The position numbers and the translations under genes are program-made. Positions 1 to 7,880 of a DNA stretch of 64,000 nucleotides are shown one piece after another. Numbering within the stretch: position 1 is the first letter of the stretch; each line of letters starts with the position of its first letter. The DNA is from Candidatus Nealsonbacteria bacterium (lineage in GTDB: Bacteria > Patescibacteriota > Minisyncoccia > Minisyncoccales > PWPS01): contig PWNV01000011.1 in NCBI GenBank assembly GCA_003557645.1, forward strand, positions 13,640 to 77,639, written 5' to 3'. The notes under the pieces are model-generated. The model had not been told where the DNA came from, did no database searches, and saw only the letters and a list, made by a program, of their open reading frames with translations.

Positions 1-34
1 CCCCACAAAAACTCCTGCTGAAGGAGCAGTTAGC

Positions 35-63
35 TTGGCAGTGGAGCATTATAAAAATATAAT
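35..63 (+). promoter_or_regulatory. sigma70-like promoter upstream of glyA
   Basis: TTGGCA (35-40), 17-nt spacer, TATAAT (58-63). Only AGAAAA (no SD) lies between the -10 and the glyA ATG at 70. Confidence 0.4.
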
Positions 64-69
64 AGAAAA

Positions 70-1329
70 ATGAAACACAAAAATCTTCAAAATCAAGACT
101 GCAAAGTTTATGAAATAATTAAGAACGAAGAAGAGAGAAGAAAGGATACTCTCGAGATGATTCCATCGGAGAATCACACTTCTTCTGCTGTTTTAGAAGC
201 ACTTTCTTCCATACTTAGTGATAAGTATGCGGAAGGATATCCGGGAAAAAGGTATTACGGAGGGAATCAATACATTGATGAGATAGAAATTCTTTGTCAG
301 GAAAGAGCGAAGGAACTATTCAAGGTTCCTTTTGTTAATGTACAAGGTTACTCTGGATCTCCTGCAAATATGGCCGTTTATTTTGCTGTTCTTAATCCAG
401 GAGAAAAAGTGATGGGAATGAGTCTTACCGACGGAGGACATCTTACTCATGGATGGAGAGTTAATTTTTCTGGTACTTACTATAACTCTGTTTTCTATGG
501 GGTGAACGAAGAGACAGGATTAATTGACTACGACAAAGTAGAGGAGATTGCAAAGAGAGAAAAACCGAAACTTATTTTTGCTGGCGCAACGGCGTATCCA
601 AGGCTTATTGATTTTAAGCGCTTTCGTGAAATTGCTGATAGCGTTGGAGCCTATCTTTGCGCAGATATCTCTCACATTTCAGGTCTTGTTATTGCAGGAG
701 AACATCCCAGCCCAGCTCCTTTTGCGCACCTTATAACAACAACAACGCATAAAACTTTACGTGGGCCTAGAGGAGCAATTATTATGGTTACAGAAAGCGG
801 GATTGCAAAGGATGAAAGCTTACCGGAGAAGATTAACAGAGCAGTTTTTCCTGGCCTTCAAGGAGGTCCTCACGAGAATCAGATAGCAGGAATTGCTGTT
901 TGCCTCAAAGAGGCAGCAAGCCCCACCTTTATAGATTATGGGAAAAGGGTGGTAGAGAATTGTCAAAAACTAGCGGAAGAAATGAAAAAAAGAGACTTTA
1001 ATCTTGTCTCTGATGGCACGGATAATCATTTAATTCTTGCTGATCTAAGAAATAAAGAGATTTCAGGGAAAGAGGCACAGAATTTACTAGAAAAAGCAGG
1101 TATCACCTTAAACAAGAACGCTATTCCTTTTGACCCAAATCCTCCTGCCAATCCTTCTGGAATACGCCTGGGAACTCCGGCAATAACTACACGAGGGATG
1201 GGAGAGGAAGAGATGATAGAGATAGCCTCTTTTATTTCGCAAGTAGTAACAGAAAGGGACGAGGGGACTGTTGCGAAGATAAGAGAAAAAGTAAAAAAGA
1301 TGTGCAATAAGTTTCCTTTATCAAGATGA
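70..1329 (+). CDS. glyA: serine hydroxymethyltransferase
   Basis: 419-aa ORF with SHMT hallmarks SENHTS, GKRYYGG and the PLP-lysine motif TTTTHKTLRGPRG. ATGA overlap with the next gene. Confidence 0.95.
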   Translation: MKHKNLQNQDCKVYEIIKNEEERRKDTLEMIPSENHTSSAVLEALSSILSDKYAEGYPGKRYYGGNQYIDEIEILCQERAKELFKVPFVNVQGYSGSPANMAVYFAVLNPGEKVMGMSLTDGGHLTHGWRVNFSGTYYNSVFYGVNEETGLIDYDKVEEIAKREKPKLIFAGATAYPRLIDFKRFREIADSVGAYLCADISHISGLVIAGEHPSPAPFAHLITTTTHKTLRGPRGAIIMVTESGIAKDESLPEKINRAVFPGLQGGPHENQIAGIAVCLKEAASPTFIDYGKRVVENCQKLAEEMKKRDFNLVSDGTDNHLILADLRNKEISGKEAQNLLEKAGITLNKNAIPFDPNPPANPSGIRLGTPAITTRGMGEEEMIEIASFISQVVTERDEGTVAKIREKVKKMCNKFPLSR

Positions 1330-2135
1330 TTTTTATGGATGGAAGAAAAATTGCTAAAGAGAGATTATTAAGACTGAAAGAAGAAGTGAAAAAGAGAGAC
1401 AAGGCTCCTACTTTGGCGGTGGTTTGGGTTGGAGATGATGAGGTTTCTGGAATTTATGTAGAAGGAAAAAAAAGAGCCTTAGAAGAAATAGGAGTAGATG
1501 TTAAAATTTATAAATTTGTTAAAGATACACCATCAAGAGAAATAGAAGAAAAACTGATCTCTTTAAGTGAGGATGGAATAATAGTTCAACTGCCTCTTCC
1601 TAGACAATTTGATGCACAGAAAATCTTGGACTGTGTTCCTCCTCAAAAAGATGTTGATCTTTTATCAGAGACTTCTTTGGGAAAGTTTTATTCCGGCAAA
1701 GATAATTTTCTTCCTCCCGTTGTAGCAGCTATAAGTATTCTTCTTCAGGAATATAATGTTGATATTGAGGGGAGAGTGGCGACAGTTTTAGGGACGGGGA
1801 GATTAGTTGGTAAGCCGGTATCTTTTTTTCTAACAGAAAAAGAGGCAACTGTGTGCATGATAAATAAGCACACAAAAGATATTCCATTTTTTACTAAAAA
1901 CTCTGATTTAATAATTTCTGGGACAGGGGTTCCTTCTATCCTTAAGGGGGAAATGATAAAAGAAGGAGCAGTGGTTATTGATGCGGGAACAAGCAATGAT
2001 GACGGCAAAATCAAAGGAGATGTAGAAGAGGAGACCGTTTCTAGGAAAGCGTCTCTTCTTGCGCCTGTGCCTGGAGGAGTCGGTCCACTTGTCATCTATG
2101 CTCTTGCTTGTAATTTATTAAACCATGAGTATTGA
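1326..2135 (+). CDS. folD: bifunctional methylene-THF dehydrogenase / methenyl-THF cyclohydrolase
   Basis: 269 aa. Rossmann loop GTGRLVGKP and C-terminal PVPGGVGP motif typical of FolD. Adjacent to glyA. Confidence 0.92.
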   Translation: MIFMDGRKIAKERLLRLKEEVKKRDKAPTLAVVWVGDDEVSGIYVEGKKRALEEIGVDVKIYKFVKDTPSREIEEKLISLSEDGIIVQLPLPRQFDAQKILDCVPPQKDVDLLSETSLGKFYSGKDNFLPPVVAAISILLQEYNVDIEGRVATVLGTGRLVGKPVSFFLTEKEATVCMINKHTKDIPFFTKNSDLIISGTGVPSILKGEMIKEGAVVIDAGTSNDDGKIKGDVEEETVSRKASLLAPVPGGVGPLVIYALACNLLNHEY

Positions 2136-2652
2136 AGAAGTTTTCTTTTTGTTTTTAAACAGTTTTACCGGAAAATGGTTTCTGTTTGATTCCTTGATTT
2201 ATTTTTTAGCGCAGGTACTACCTTTTCTTCTTGTTCTTTCTCTGGTCTATTTTCTTATAAGAGACTGGAAAGGTTATGTTTGGATTTTAGGAGGATCATT
2301 CTTAGCTGGAATTTTCGCCCGTTATGCTTTAGTAGAACTAATTAGATGGTTTACTCCTCGTCTTCGACCTTTTCAAGTTTTTGCAGAGGAAGTAAACCTT
2401 ATTCTTCCCTACAAAGATTCTCTTTCTTTTCCATCGGGACACACGGCTTTTGTTTTTGCAATTTCTACTGTAGTTTACTTGGCGAACAAAAAAATGGGAG
2501 TGGTCTTTTACTGCCTTTCTTTTTTGGTTGGATTCTCTCGAGTTTTTGCGGGCATGCACTGGCCGTTAGATATTGTTGTCGGAGCGTTTATTGGTATACT
2601 GGCAGGCATTCTCTTACAAATAGTGATGGAGCTTATCAAAAAAAAGAGATGA
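2125..2652 (+). CDS. PAP2-family membrane phosphatase (undecaprenyl-diphosphatase-like)
   Basis: 175 aa, multiple hydrophobic helices. PAP2 motifs RLRP, PSGHTAF and SRVFAGMHWPLDIVVG. Confidence 0.8.
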   Translation: MSIEEVFFLFLNSFTGKWFLFDSLIYFLAQVLPFLLVLSLVYFLIRDWKGYVWILGGSFLAGIFARYALVELIRWFTPRLRPFQVFAEEVNLILPYKDSLSFPSGHTAFVFAISTVVYLANKKMGVVFYCLSFLVGFSRVFAGMHWPLDIVVGAFIGILAGILLQIVMELIKKKR

Positions 2653-2961
2653 AGGATTGACAAAAACAAAGAAAGGTATTAGTTTGAATGCGTTATGATG
2701 CAAAATATTAGGAAAACGAAACTTTTTCTTATTGACCCTTTTTAAGTGGGAGGTTTTTGTTTTCTAAATGTTTGAAATTAACCTCCCTCAAGAAAAGGGA
2801 GTTTTTCTTCAGACCTGAGATTTGACTTTCAGGCTTGGAGAAAAGAACAAATACTCACGGGCGCTTGTGGTTGCAAGTTTCTGTAGGAGAGCTGTTCTTA
2901 TGCTCCAAGACCATAGCTGTACCTTTGTAAGGAAAATTTTTTAAAAAGGAGGTAAGTTTTG

Positions 2962-3048
2962 ATGAGGGATGTCGTGCGTGATCCTGTACGTGTAATTATT
3001 AGTAGAAACATAGAAGATGTTAAAAAAAAAGAAGAAAAAAGCATCTAA
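2962..3048 (+). CDS. candidate 28-codon small ORF (MRDVVRDPVRVIISRNIEDVKKKEEKSI)
   Basis: ATG at 2962 preceded by AAGGAGGT (2946-2953) at 8-nt spacing, the strongest SD I saw in the window. No recognisable homology. Lies inside the ORF-poor gap. Confidence 0.3.
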   Translation: MRDVVRDPVRVIISRNIEDVKKKEEKSI

Positions 3049-3133
3049 TTTCTATGAATTAAAGAAATATAAATGGCACGAAAAACAGGCTCAAAAAGGA
3101 CTACAAAATAGACTTTCTTAAAAATTTTCCACT

Positions 3134-3162
3134 AAACTCGGCGCTCTGTGCCGAGTTTTATT
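3134..3162. terminator. bidirectional intrinsic terminator
   Basis: Stem CTCGGC/GCCGAG extended by AAA/TTT, with a 7-nt loop. T-tract TTTTATT on the plus strand and a shorter TTT on the minus strand, just downstream of tRNA-Leu. Confidence 0.6.
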
Positions 3163-3180
3163 ATATCAGAAGACTAACTG

Positions 3181-3264
3181 TGCCCGAGGAGAGACTTGAA
3201 CTCTCAAGGTGTTGCCACCAACGGATTTTGAATCCGTCGCGTATACCAATTCCGCCACTCGGGC
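3181..3264 (-). tRNA. tRNA-Leu (anticodon CAA)
   Basis: Manual cloverleaf on the minus strand: acceptor GCCCGAG/CTCGGGC, anticodon stem ACGGA/TCCGT, loop TTCAAAA, long variable arm, T-arm GAGAG-TTCAAGT-CTCTC. No encoded CCA. Confidence 0.9.
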
Positions 3265-3272
3265 TCAAATAC

Positions 3273-3300
3273 ATTCTACTTTAAAAAAAAATATTGTAAA
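3273..3300 (-). promoter_or_regulatory. candidate promoter for tRNA-Leu
   Basis: Minus strand reads TTTACA, 16 nt, TAGAAT, ending 8 nt before the tRNA 5' end. Shares sequence with the divergent Rrf2-operon promoter. Confidence 0.35.
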
Positions 3301-3321
3301 ATAAAAAAATATTGCTATAAT
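3294..3321 (+). promoter_or_regulatory. candidate promoter of the Rrf2-iscS operon
   Basis: TTGTAA (3294-3299), 16-nt spacer, TATAAT (3316-3321), 29 nt upstream of the ATG at 3351. Confidence 0.45.
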
Positions 3322-3350
3322 AAAGCCGACCCTTAAAGACGGAATTAAAA

Positions 3351-3737
3351 ATGAAAACAACAAAAAGAGCTCAATATGCTTTACGCGCAATGATTGTACT
3401 GGCAGAAAGCCAAAAAGTTCATCCTCTACGTTCGGTCGCCAAGGAAGAAGGAATTTCTTTCGATTATTTGGAAAAAATATTTTCTAAACTGGAAAAAAAG
3501 GGATTGGTGAAGGCAAAACGTGGAGCTACTGGGGGGTATTTTCTTTCTCGATCACCGGAAAAAATTACATTGAAAAATATATTTAATGCAGTTGAAGAGC
3601 CTGTCTTTATAGTGGACTGCATTAAAAAGAAATGTCCGCGAGACAATACTTGTAAAGCGTCTAAAGCTTGGAAGAAAATAAATAAGGAGATAGAAGGGTC
3701 TCTCTCCTCGATTACTTTATTTGATTTAATTAAATGA
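3351..3737 (+). CDS. Rrf2-family transcriptional regulator (IscR-like)
   Basis: 128 aa. N-terminal Rrf2 winged helix (KRAQYALRAMIVLA). Three clustered Cys (CIKKKCPRDNTC) resemble the IscR Fe-S ligands. First gene of the Fe-S operon. Confidence 0.85.
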   Translation: MKTTKRAQYALRAMIVLAESQKVHPLRSVAKEEGISFDYLEKIFSKLEKKGLVKAKRGATGGYFLSRSPEKITLKNIFNAVEEPVFIVDCIKKKCPRDNTCKASKAWKKINKEIEGSLSSITLFDLIK

Positions 3738-4891
3738 AAAAAAATAAGCAAAAAATTTATCTGGATTATGCCTCAACTACTCCTGCAGGGGAAAGTGTTG
3801 TTAGCGCGATGATACCACTTTTACAAAAGGACTTTGGTAATCCCTCTTCTTTGCATGCTCTTGGGCAAGATGCACTTTATGCCATTGATGAGGCGAGGAG
3901 AAAGGTGGCTGAATTTCTTGGAGCGAAAGAAAGCGAAATAATTTTTACTTCCTCTGCAACGGAAGCGGACAATATCGCCCTTTCTGGGGTTTTGCAAAAA
4001 GAGAAAAAAGCTCACGTTATTACCTCTGTCATAGAGCACAAGGCGGTGTTAGAACCGCTAAACTCTAGCAGTGCAGAGGTCACTTATCTTCCTGTAAACA
4101 AGGAGGGAGTAGTTAAAGTGGAAGATGTCTTAAAAGAAATAAGGGAAAACACAGTTCTTGTTTCAATAATGTATGCAAACAGTGAAATTGGGACGATACA
4201 ACCAATAAAAGAGATTGGAGCAGCAGTTAAAAGAATAAATGAAAACAGAAAGAAAAAAATTGTTTTTCACACTGACGCAGTACAAGCGGTAAACTATCTT
4301 CCCTGCAAGGTAAATGATCTAAACGTAGATCTTCTTACCATTAGTGGGCACAAAATATACGGACCAAAGGGAGTGGGAGCGCTTTTTATAAGGCAGGGAA
4401 TTGAAATTTCTCCTATTTTTTATGGTGCGAAACAAGAGAGAGGTGTTCGTCCTGGGACAGAAAATACTGCAGCCATCGTTGGGCTTTCACAGGCCGTAGA
4501 GGACTTGCAGAAAAACATGACGGAAAAAACAGAAAAACTGAGAGATCGAATTATAGATACAATTTTATCCGAAATTCCGCAGACAAGACTTAACGGAAGT
4601 AGAGAGAGAAGACTGCCGAATAACATAAACATTTCTTTTAAAGGAGTGGAGGGAGAAAGCCTTTTAATCGCTTTAGATCAAAAAGGGATCGCTGTTTCTA
4701 CTGGATCTGCGTGTGCTTCTAGATCTCTTCTTCCTTCGTATGTTTTGCTTGCGATCGGATTATCCCATGAAGAAGCGCACGGATCTCTGCGTGTCACCTT
4801 GGGAAGGATGACAACAGAGAAGGAAGTTGATTATTTTTTAGAACAACTTCCTTTAATTGTAGAAAGATTAAGAAAAATATCAGGAAAATGA
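3734..4891 (+). CDS. iscS: cysteine desulfurase (NifS/IscS type)
   Basis: 385 aa. PLP-lysine motif SGHKIYGPKG and active-site loop STGSACAS. ATGA overlaps on both sides. Confidence 0.92.
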   Translation: MKKNKQKIYLDYASTTPAGESVVSAMIPLLQKDFGNPSSLHALGQDALYAIDEARRKVAEFLGAKESEIIFTSSATEADNIALSGVLQKEKKAHVITSVIEHKAVLEPLNSSSAEVTYLPVNKEGVVKVEDVLKEIRENTVLVSIMYANSEIGTIQPIKEIGAAVKRINENRKKKIVFHTDAVQAVNYLPCKVNDLNVDLLTISGHKIYGPKGVGALFIRQGIEISPIFYGAKQERGVRPGTENTAAIVGLSQAVEDLQKNMTEKTEKLRDRIIDTILSEIPQTRLNGSRERRLPNNINISFKGVEGESLLIALDQKGIAVSTGSACASRSLLPSYVLLAIGLSHEEAHGSLRVTLGRMTTEKEVDYFLEQLPLIVERLRKISGK

Positions 4892-5265
4892 AAAACTATT
4901 ACACAAAAAAAACTATACAAAGATTTCTTGAGCCAAAATATTTTGGAGAGATGAAGGACGCTACTGGAGTAGGAGAAGTTGGCAACCCAAGGTGTGGCGA
5001 CAGAATGAAAGTTTATATCAAGATTAAAAACGGAAAAATTGTTGATGCTTCGTTTCAAACACTTGGTTGTGCGGCAGCAATTGCGACTTCTGATGTAATC
5101 TGTGAGATGATTATTGGGAAAACGACAAAGGAAGCGCTGTCTATTACAGAGAAAGAGATGATTGAAAAATTGGAAAAACTACCACTAGTTAAGGTGCACT
5201 GTTCTTCCTTGGCTATTGAGGGGTTAAAAAAAGCAATAGAAAATTATGAGAAAAAGGAGGACTAA
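4888..5265 (+). CDS. iscU: Fe-S cluster scaffold protein (IscU/NifU N-terminal type)
   Basis: 125 aa with the three conserved Cys contexts GNPRCGD, LGCAAAIA and HCSSLA. Confidence 0.9.
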   Translation: MKNYYTKKTIQRFLEPKYFGEMKDATGVGEVGNPRCGDRMKVYIKIKNGKIVDASFQTLGCAAAIATSDVICEMIIGKTTKEALSITEKEMIEKLEKLPLVKVHCSSLAIEGLKKAIENYEKKED

Positions 5266-6250
5266 GGTTATAGTTGCTCTTTCTGGTGGAGTTGACTCTT
5301 CCGTCGCCGCCGCTTTACTCAAAGAACAAGGCTTCTTTGTGGAAGGAGTTTTTATGCGTTTGCGCGGAGAAAAAATAGATTCTGTTGTAGAAGAAAGAGC
5401 CCGCGCAGTTTGCGAAAAGCTGGGAATCTCTTTTCATGTTTTAAAGCTAGAAAAAGAGTTTAAAGAAAAAGTGATAGACTCTTTTCTCTCAGTAATCAAA
5501 AAAGGAGAAACCCCTAATCCCTGCGTTATCTGCAATAGAGAGATAAAGTTTCAAAGTCTTTCCAATCGCTTAGAAGTCTTTAGCGCTGATTATTTTGCTA
5601 CTGGTCACTATGTGTTAAGTGAAAATGGGAAAATTTTGAGAGGAAAAGATAAAAGCAAAGATCAATCCTATTTTTTATGGAAAATGAAGAAAGAGTGGAT
5701 AGAAAAAGCAATTTTTCCTTTGGGAAATTATGGAAAAAAAGAAGTTCGGCTTATAGCGAAAAAATACAATCTTCCAACTACTTCAGTATCAGAATCTCAA
5801 GAAATTTGTTTTGTGGAGAGAGATATATATGATTTTCTAGAACGTCATCTTTCTTCCTCTCCAGGGAAAATTATAGACACAAAAGGAAATCTTTTAGGAG
5901 AACACAACGGACTTGCTTATTATACAATTGGACAACGCAAAAAAATAGGACTGGCGGGAGGACCTTATTATGTGCTAGAAAAGAATAGCCAGAAAAACGA
6001 ACTGATAGTGACTCGTAACGAAAAAGATCTTTTCAAAAAAGAAATATTTTTAGATGATGTAAATCTTTTAAGAGAAGTTTCTTTTCCTCTTAAAGTAAGA
6101 GCGAAAATAAGATATAGAGGGAGCCTGAGGTCAGGGATCCTTCAAAAAGAAAAAATAACCTTCCTTTCTCCTCAAAGAGCAGTTACTCCTGGCCAATCGG
6201 CTGTGTTTTATAATGGAGAAGAGCTAATTGGGGGAGGAATAATAAAATGA
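5246..6250 (+). CDS. mnmA: tRNA-specific 2-thiouridylase
   Basis: 334 aa. PP-loop VALSGGVDSSVAA and MnmA-type Cys (NPCVICN). Overlaps iscU by 20 nt. Confidence 0.9.
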   Translation: MRKRRTKVIVALSGGVDSSVAAALLKEQGFFVEGVFMRLRGEKIDSVVEERARAVCEKLGISFHVLKLEKEFKEKVIDSFLSVIKKGETPNPCVICNREIKFQSLSNRLEVFSADYFATGHYVLSENGKILRGKDKSKDQSYFLWKMKKEWIEKAIFPLGNYGKKEVRLIAKKYNLPTTSVSESQEICFVERDIYDFLERHLSSSPGKIIDTKGNLLGEHNGLAYYTIGQRKKIGLAGGPYYVLEKNSQKNELIVTRNEKDLFKKEIFLDDVNLLREVSFPLKVRAKIRYRGSLRSGILQKEKITFLSPQRAVTPGQSAVFYNGEELIGGGIIK

Positions 6251-6453
6251 AAAAAATAGACGAAAAAACAACTATTTCACACATATTAGAGCTTCCTCAT
6301 GGGGAAGAAGTTTTACGCAGGCACGGTGTTCCTTGTGTTTCTTGTCCGCTAGCTGCTCAAGAGATCAAGTATTTAAAAATTGGAGAAGTGGCTGATATGT
6401 ACAAACTCCCAAAAAAGAAAATTATTGAAGATTTAAACAATGAAAACGAATAA
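6247..6453 (+). CDS. DUF1858-like small redox-disulfide protein
   Basis: 68 aa with CVSCP (CxxC) in the context typical of hybrid-cluster-protein-associated redox disulfide domains. ATGA overlap with mnmA. Confidence 0.55.
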   Translation: MKKIDEKTTISHILELPHGEEVLRRHGVPCVSCPLAAQEIKYLKIGEVADMYKLPKKKIIEDLNNENE

Positions 6454-7585
6454 GTGTGTTATTTGTCATTATGCAGAGATAGGAACGAAGGGGAAAAACC
6501 GTCGTTTTTTTGAAGATCAGCTAGTTAAAAATATTCAAAATAAGCTTTCTGATGCGAAAGTTTTAAAGATGAGAAACAGGGTTGTTGTTTCTCCAAAAAG
6601 CGAGGAGATAGCAGTTGCTGCTCTTAAAAAGATGTGTGGTATTGTTTATTTTTCACCGGCAGTTGTAACTGCTTCTTTAATAGAAGAGATAGAAGGCGAA
6701 GTGGTGTCATTAATGAAAAAGCGTTCGCCGAGAACTTTTCGTATAACAGTGAAGCGATCGGATAAGAGTTTCCCGCTTTCTTCTGATAAAATTGCAGCCT
6801 CTCTAGGAGAGGCGGTGTTAAAGAACACGAAAAGCCAAGTAGATCTTCATCAGGCAGAAGTGAACTGTTATGTTGAAATAACAAAAGAAGAAACTTACAT
6901 TTATTTTGAAAAAATAAAAGGAGCAGGAGGTCTTCCAGTGGGAACGAGCGGAAAAGTATTATCTCTTCTTTCCGGAGGAATTGATTCGCCAGTGGCATCT
7001 TTTCGATTAATGAAGAGAGGATCTAAAAATGTTTTTGTTCATTTTCACGCTTATCCGGATACCTCTGCTGCTTCCATGGAAAAAACTCGAGAAATTGTAA
7101 GGATTCTTTCTTCCTTTCAAGGGGAATCTATAATTTATATGGTTCCTTTTGCTCAAATACAAAAAGAGATAATGCTTGGCTCAAGAGAGAGCTTGCGCGT
7201 TATTTTTTATCGTCGCTTTATGATGAGAATTGGAGAGGAAATTGCAAGAAGAGAAAAGGCACAAGCACTTGTTACCGGAGAAAGTTTAGGACAAGTTGCT
7301 TCGCAGACGATAGAAAACATGCGAGCGACATCGGAAGTAGTGGACGTTCCTGTTTTTCGGCCACTTCTTGGTTATGACAAGGAAGAGATTATAAGTGAAG
7401 CTAAAGCCATCGGTACCTATGAAACCTCTATTCGCCCTGAAGAAGACTGTTGTGTAAGATTTCTTCCACGGTACCCGGAAACAAAAGCAAACCTTTCTTT
7501 AGTAAAGAAAGAAGAGAAAAATTTTGCAGTTGAAGAAATGGTAACCACTGCGATTGAAAACTGTAAAGTGGAGCGTTTTACTTAA
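6440..7585 (+). CDS. thiI: tRNA 4-thiouridine synthase (no rhodanese domain)
   Basis: 381 aa. The N-terminal ferredoxin-like/THUMP region is inferred. PP-loop LLSGGIDSPVA. The length implies the short ThiI form. Confidence 0.87.
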   Translation: MKTNKCVICHYAEIGTKGKNRRFFEDQLVKNIQNKLSDAKVLKMRNRVVVSPKSEEIAVAALKKMCGIVYFSPAVVTASLIEEIEGEVVSLMKKRSPRTFRITVKRSDKSFPLSSDKIAASLGEAVLKNTKSQVDLHQAEVNCYVEITKEETYIYFEKIKGAGGLPVGTSGKVLSLLSGGIDSPVASFRLMKRGSKNVFVHFHAYPDTSAASMEKTREIVRILSSFQGESIIYMVPFAQIQKEIMLGSRESLRVIFYRRFMMRIGEEIARREKAQALVTGESLGQVASQTIENMRATSEVVDVPVFRPLLGYDKEEIISEAKAIGTYETSIRPEEDCCVRFLPRYPETKANLSLVKKEEKNFAVEEMVTTAIENCKVERFT

Positions 7586-7590
7586 AGCTA

Positions 7591-7619
7591 TTGAAGTTTT
7601 ATTCTTATTTAGGTACAAT
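7591..7619 (+). promoter_or_regulatory. candidate promoter of the small zinc-ribbon gene
   Basis: TTGAAG (7591-7596), 17-nt spacer, TACAAT (7614-7619). Confidence 0.4.
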
Positions 7620-7669
7620 TTTACAAAGCTAAAGGTCGGAAAGAACTGTGAACCTTATTTAAAAAAATT

Positions 7670-7831
7670 ATGAGTGAAGCATATTGTGTAAAGTGCAAAG
7701 CAAAAAGAGAAATGAACGACGAGAAAGAGGTTGAAATGAAAGGAAAAGGAGATACTAAAAGAAGAGCCCTTTCCGGAATTTGTCCTACTTGTGGGACAAA
7801 AATGTTTAAGATTCTTGGGAAAGCTAACTAG
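7670..7831 (+). CDS. small zinc-ribbon protein (DUF5679-like)
   Basis: 53-aa ORF not in the supplied track (below its length cutoff): MSEAYCVKCKAKREMNDEKEVEMKGKGDTKRRALSGICPTCGTKMFKILGKAN. CxxC...CxxC zinc ribbon, flanked by its own promoter and terminator. Confidence 0.6.
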   Translation: MSEAYCVKCKAKREMNDEKEVEMKGKGDTKRRALSGICPTCGTKMFKILGKAN

Positions 7832-7845
7832 CTCTTGAATTCAAA

Positions 7846-7871
7846 GCCGCCATTAATATGTGGCGGTTTTG
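7846..7871 (+). terminator. intrinsic terminator
   Basis: Stem GCCGCCA/TGGCGGT, 8-nt loop, followed by TTTTGATTT. Ends 10 nt before the ATG at 7881. Confidence 0.55.
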
Positions 7872-7880
7872 ATTTATAAA

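Noticed and set aside
2653-3133. Possible RNase P RNA on the minus strand just downstream of tRNA-Leu. The evidence was a hairpin followed by AAGAAAGUC, then ACAGAAAC about 230 nt later, loosely resembling the P3, P4 5' and P4 3' elements.
   Set aside because: The two putative P4 strands can form only about 4 bp. The intervening sequence is dominated by U/A homopolymer runs with no P10-P12 or GGUAAGAGC-like conserved regions. I found no tmRNA-like tRNA end or tag ORF either.
3322-3350. Possible IscR-type operator between the promoter and the Rrf2 gene (CCGACCCTTAAAGACGG).
   Set aside because: The dyad symmetry is weak, with 5 of 8 positions pairing. I cannot match it to a known Rrf2 or IscR box from memory, so there is not enough support to call it.
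7860-7880. Upstream-extended starts offered by the ORF track: 7860, 8710, 14209, 14941, 19636, 23386, 24000, 27459, 31249, 39171, 45942, 57557, 57642, 58798 and 14178 (minus strand).
   Set aside because: Each extension adds residues absent from the conserved N-terminus of the family. Each also overlaps an upstream gene, terminator or promoter. An internal ATG matches the canonical N-terminal sequence in every case.
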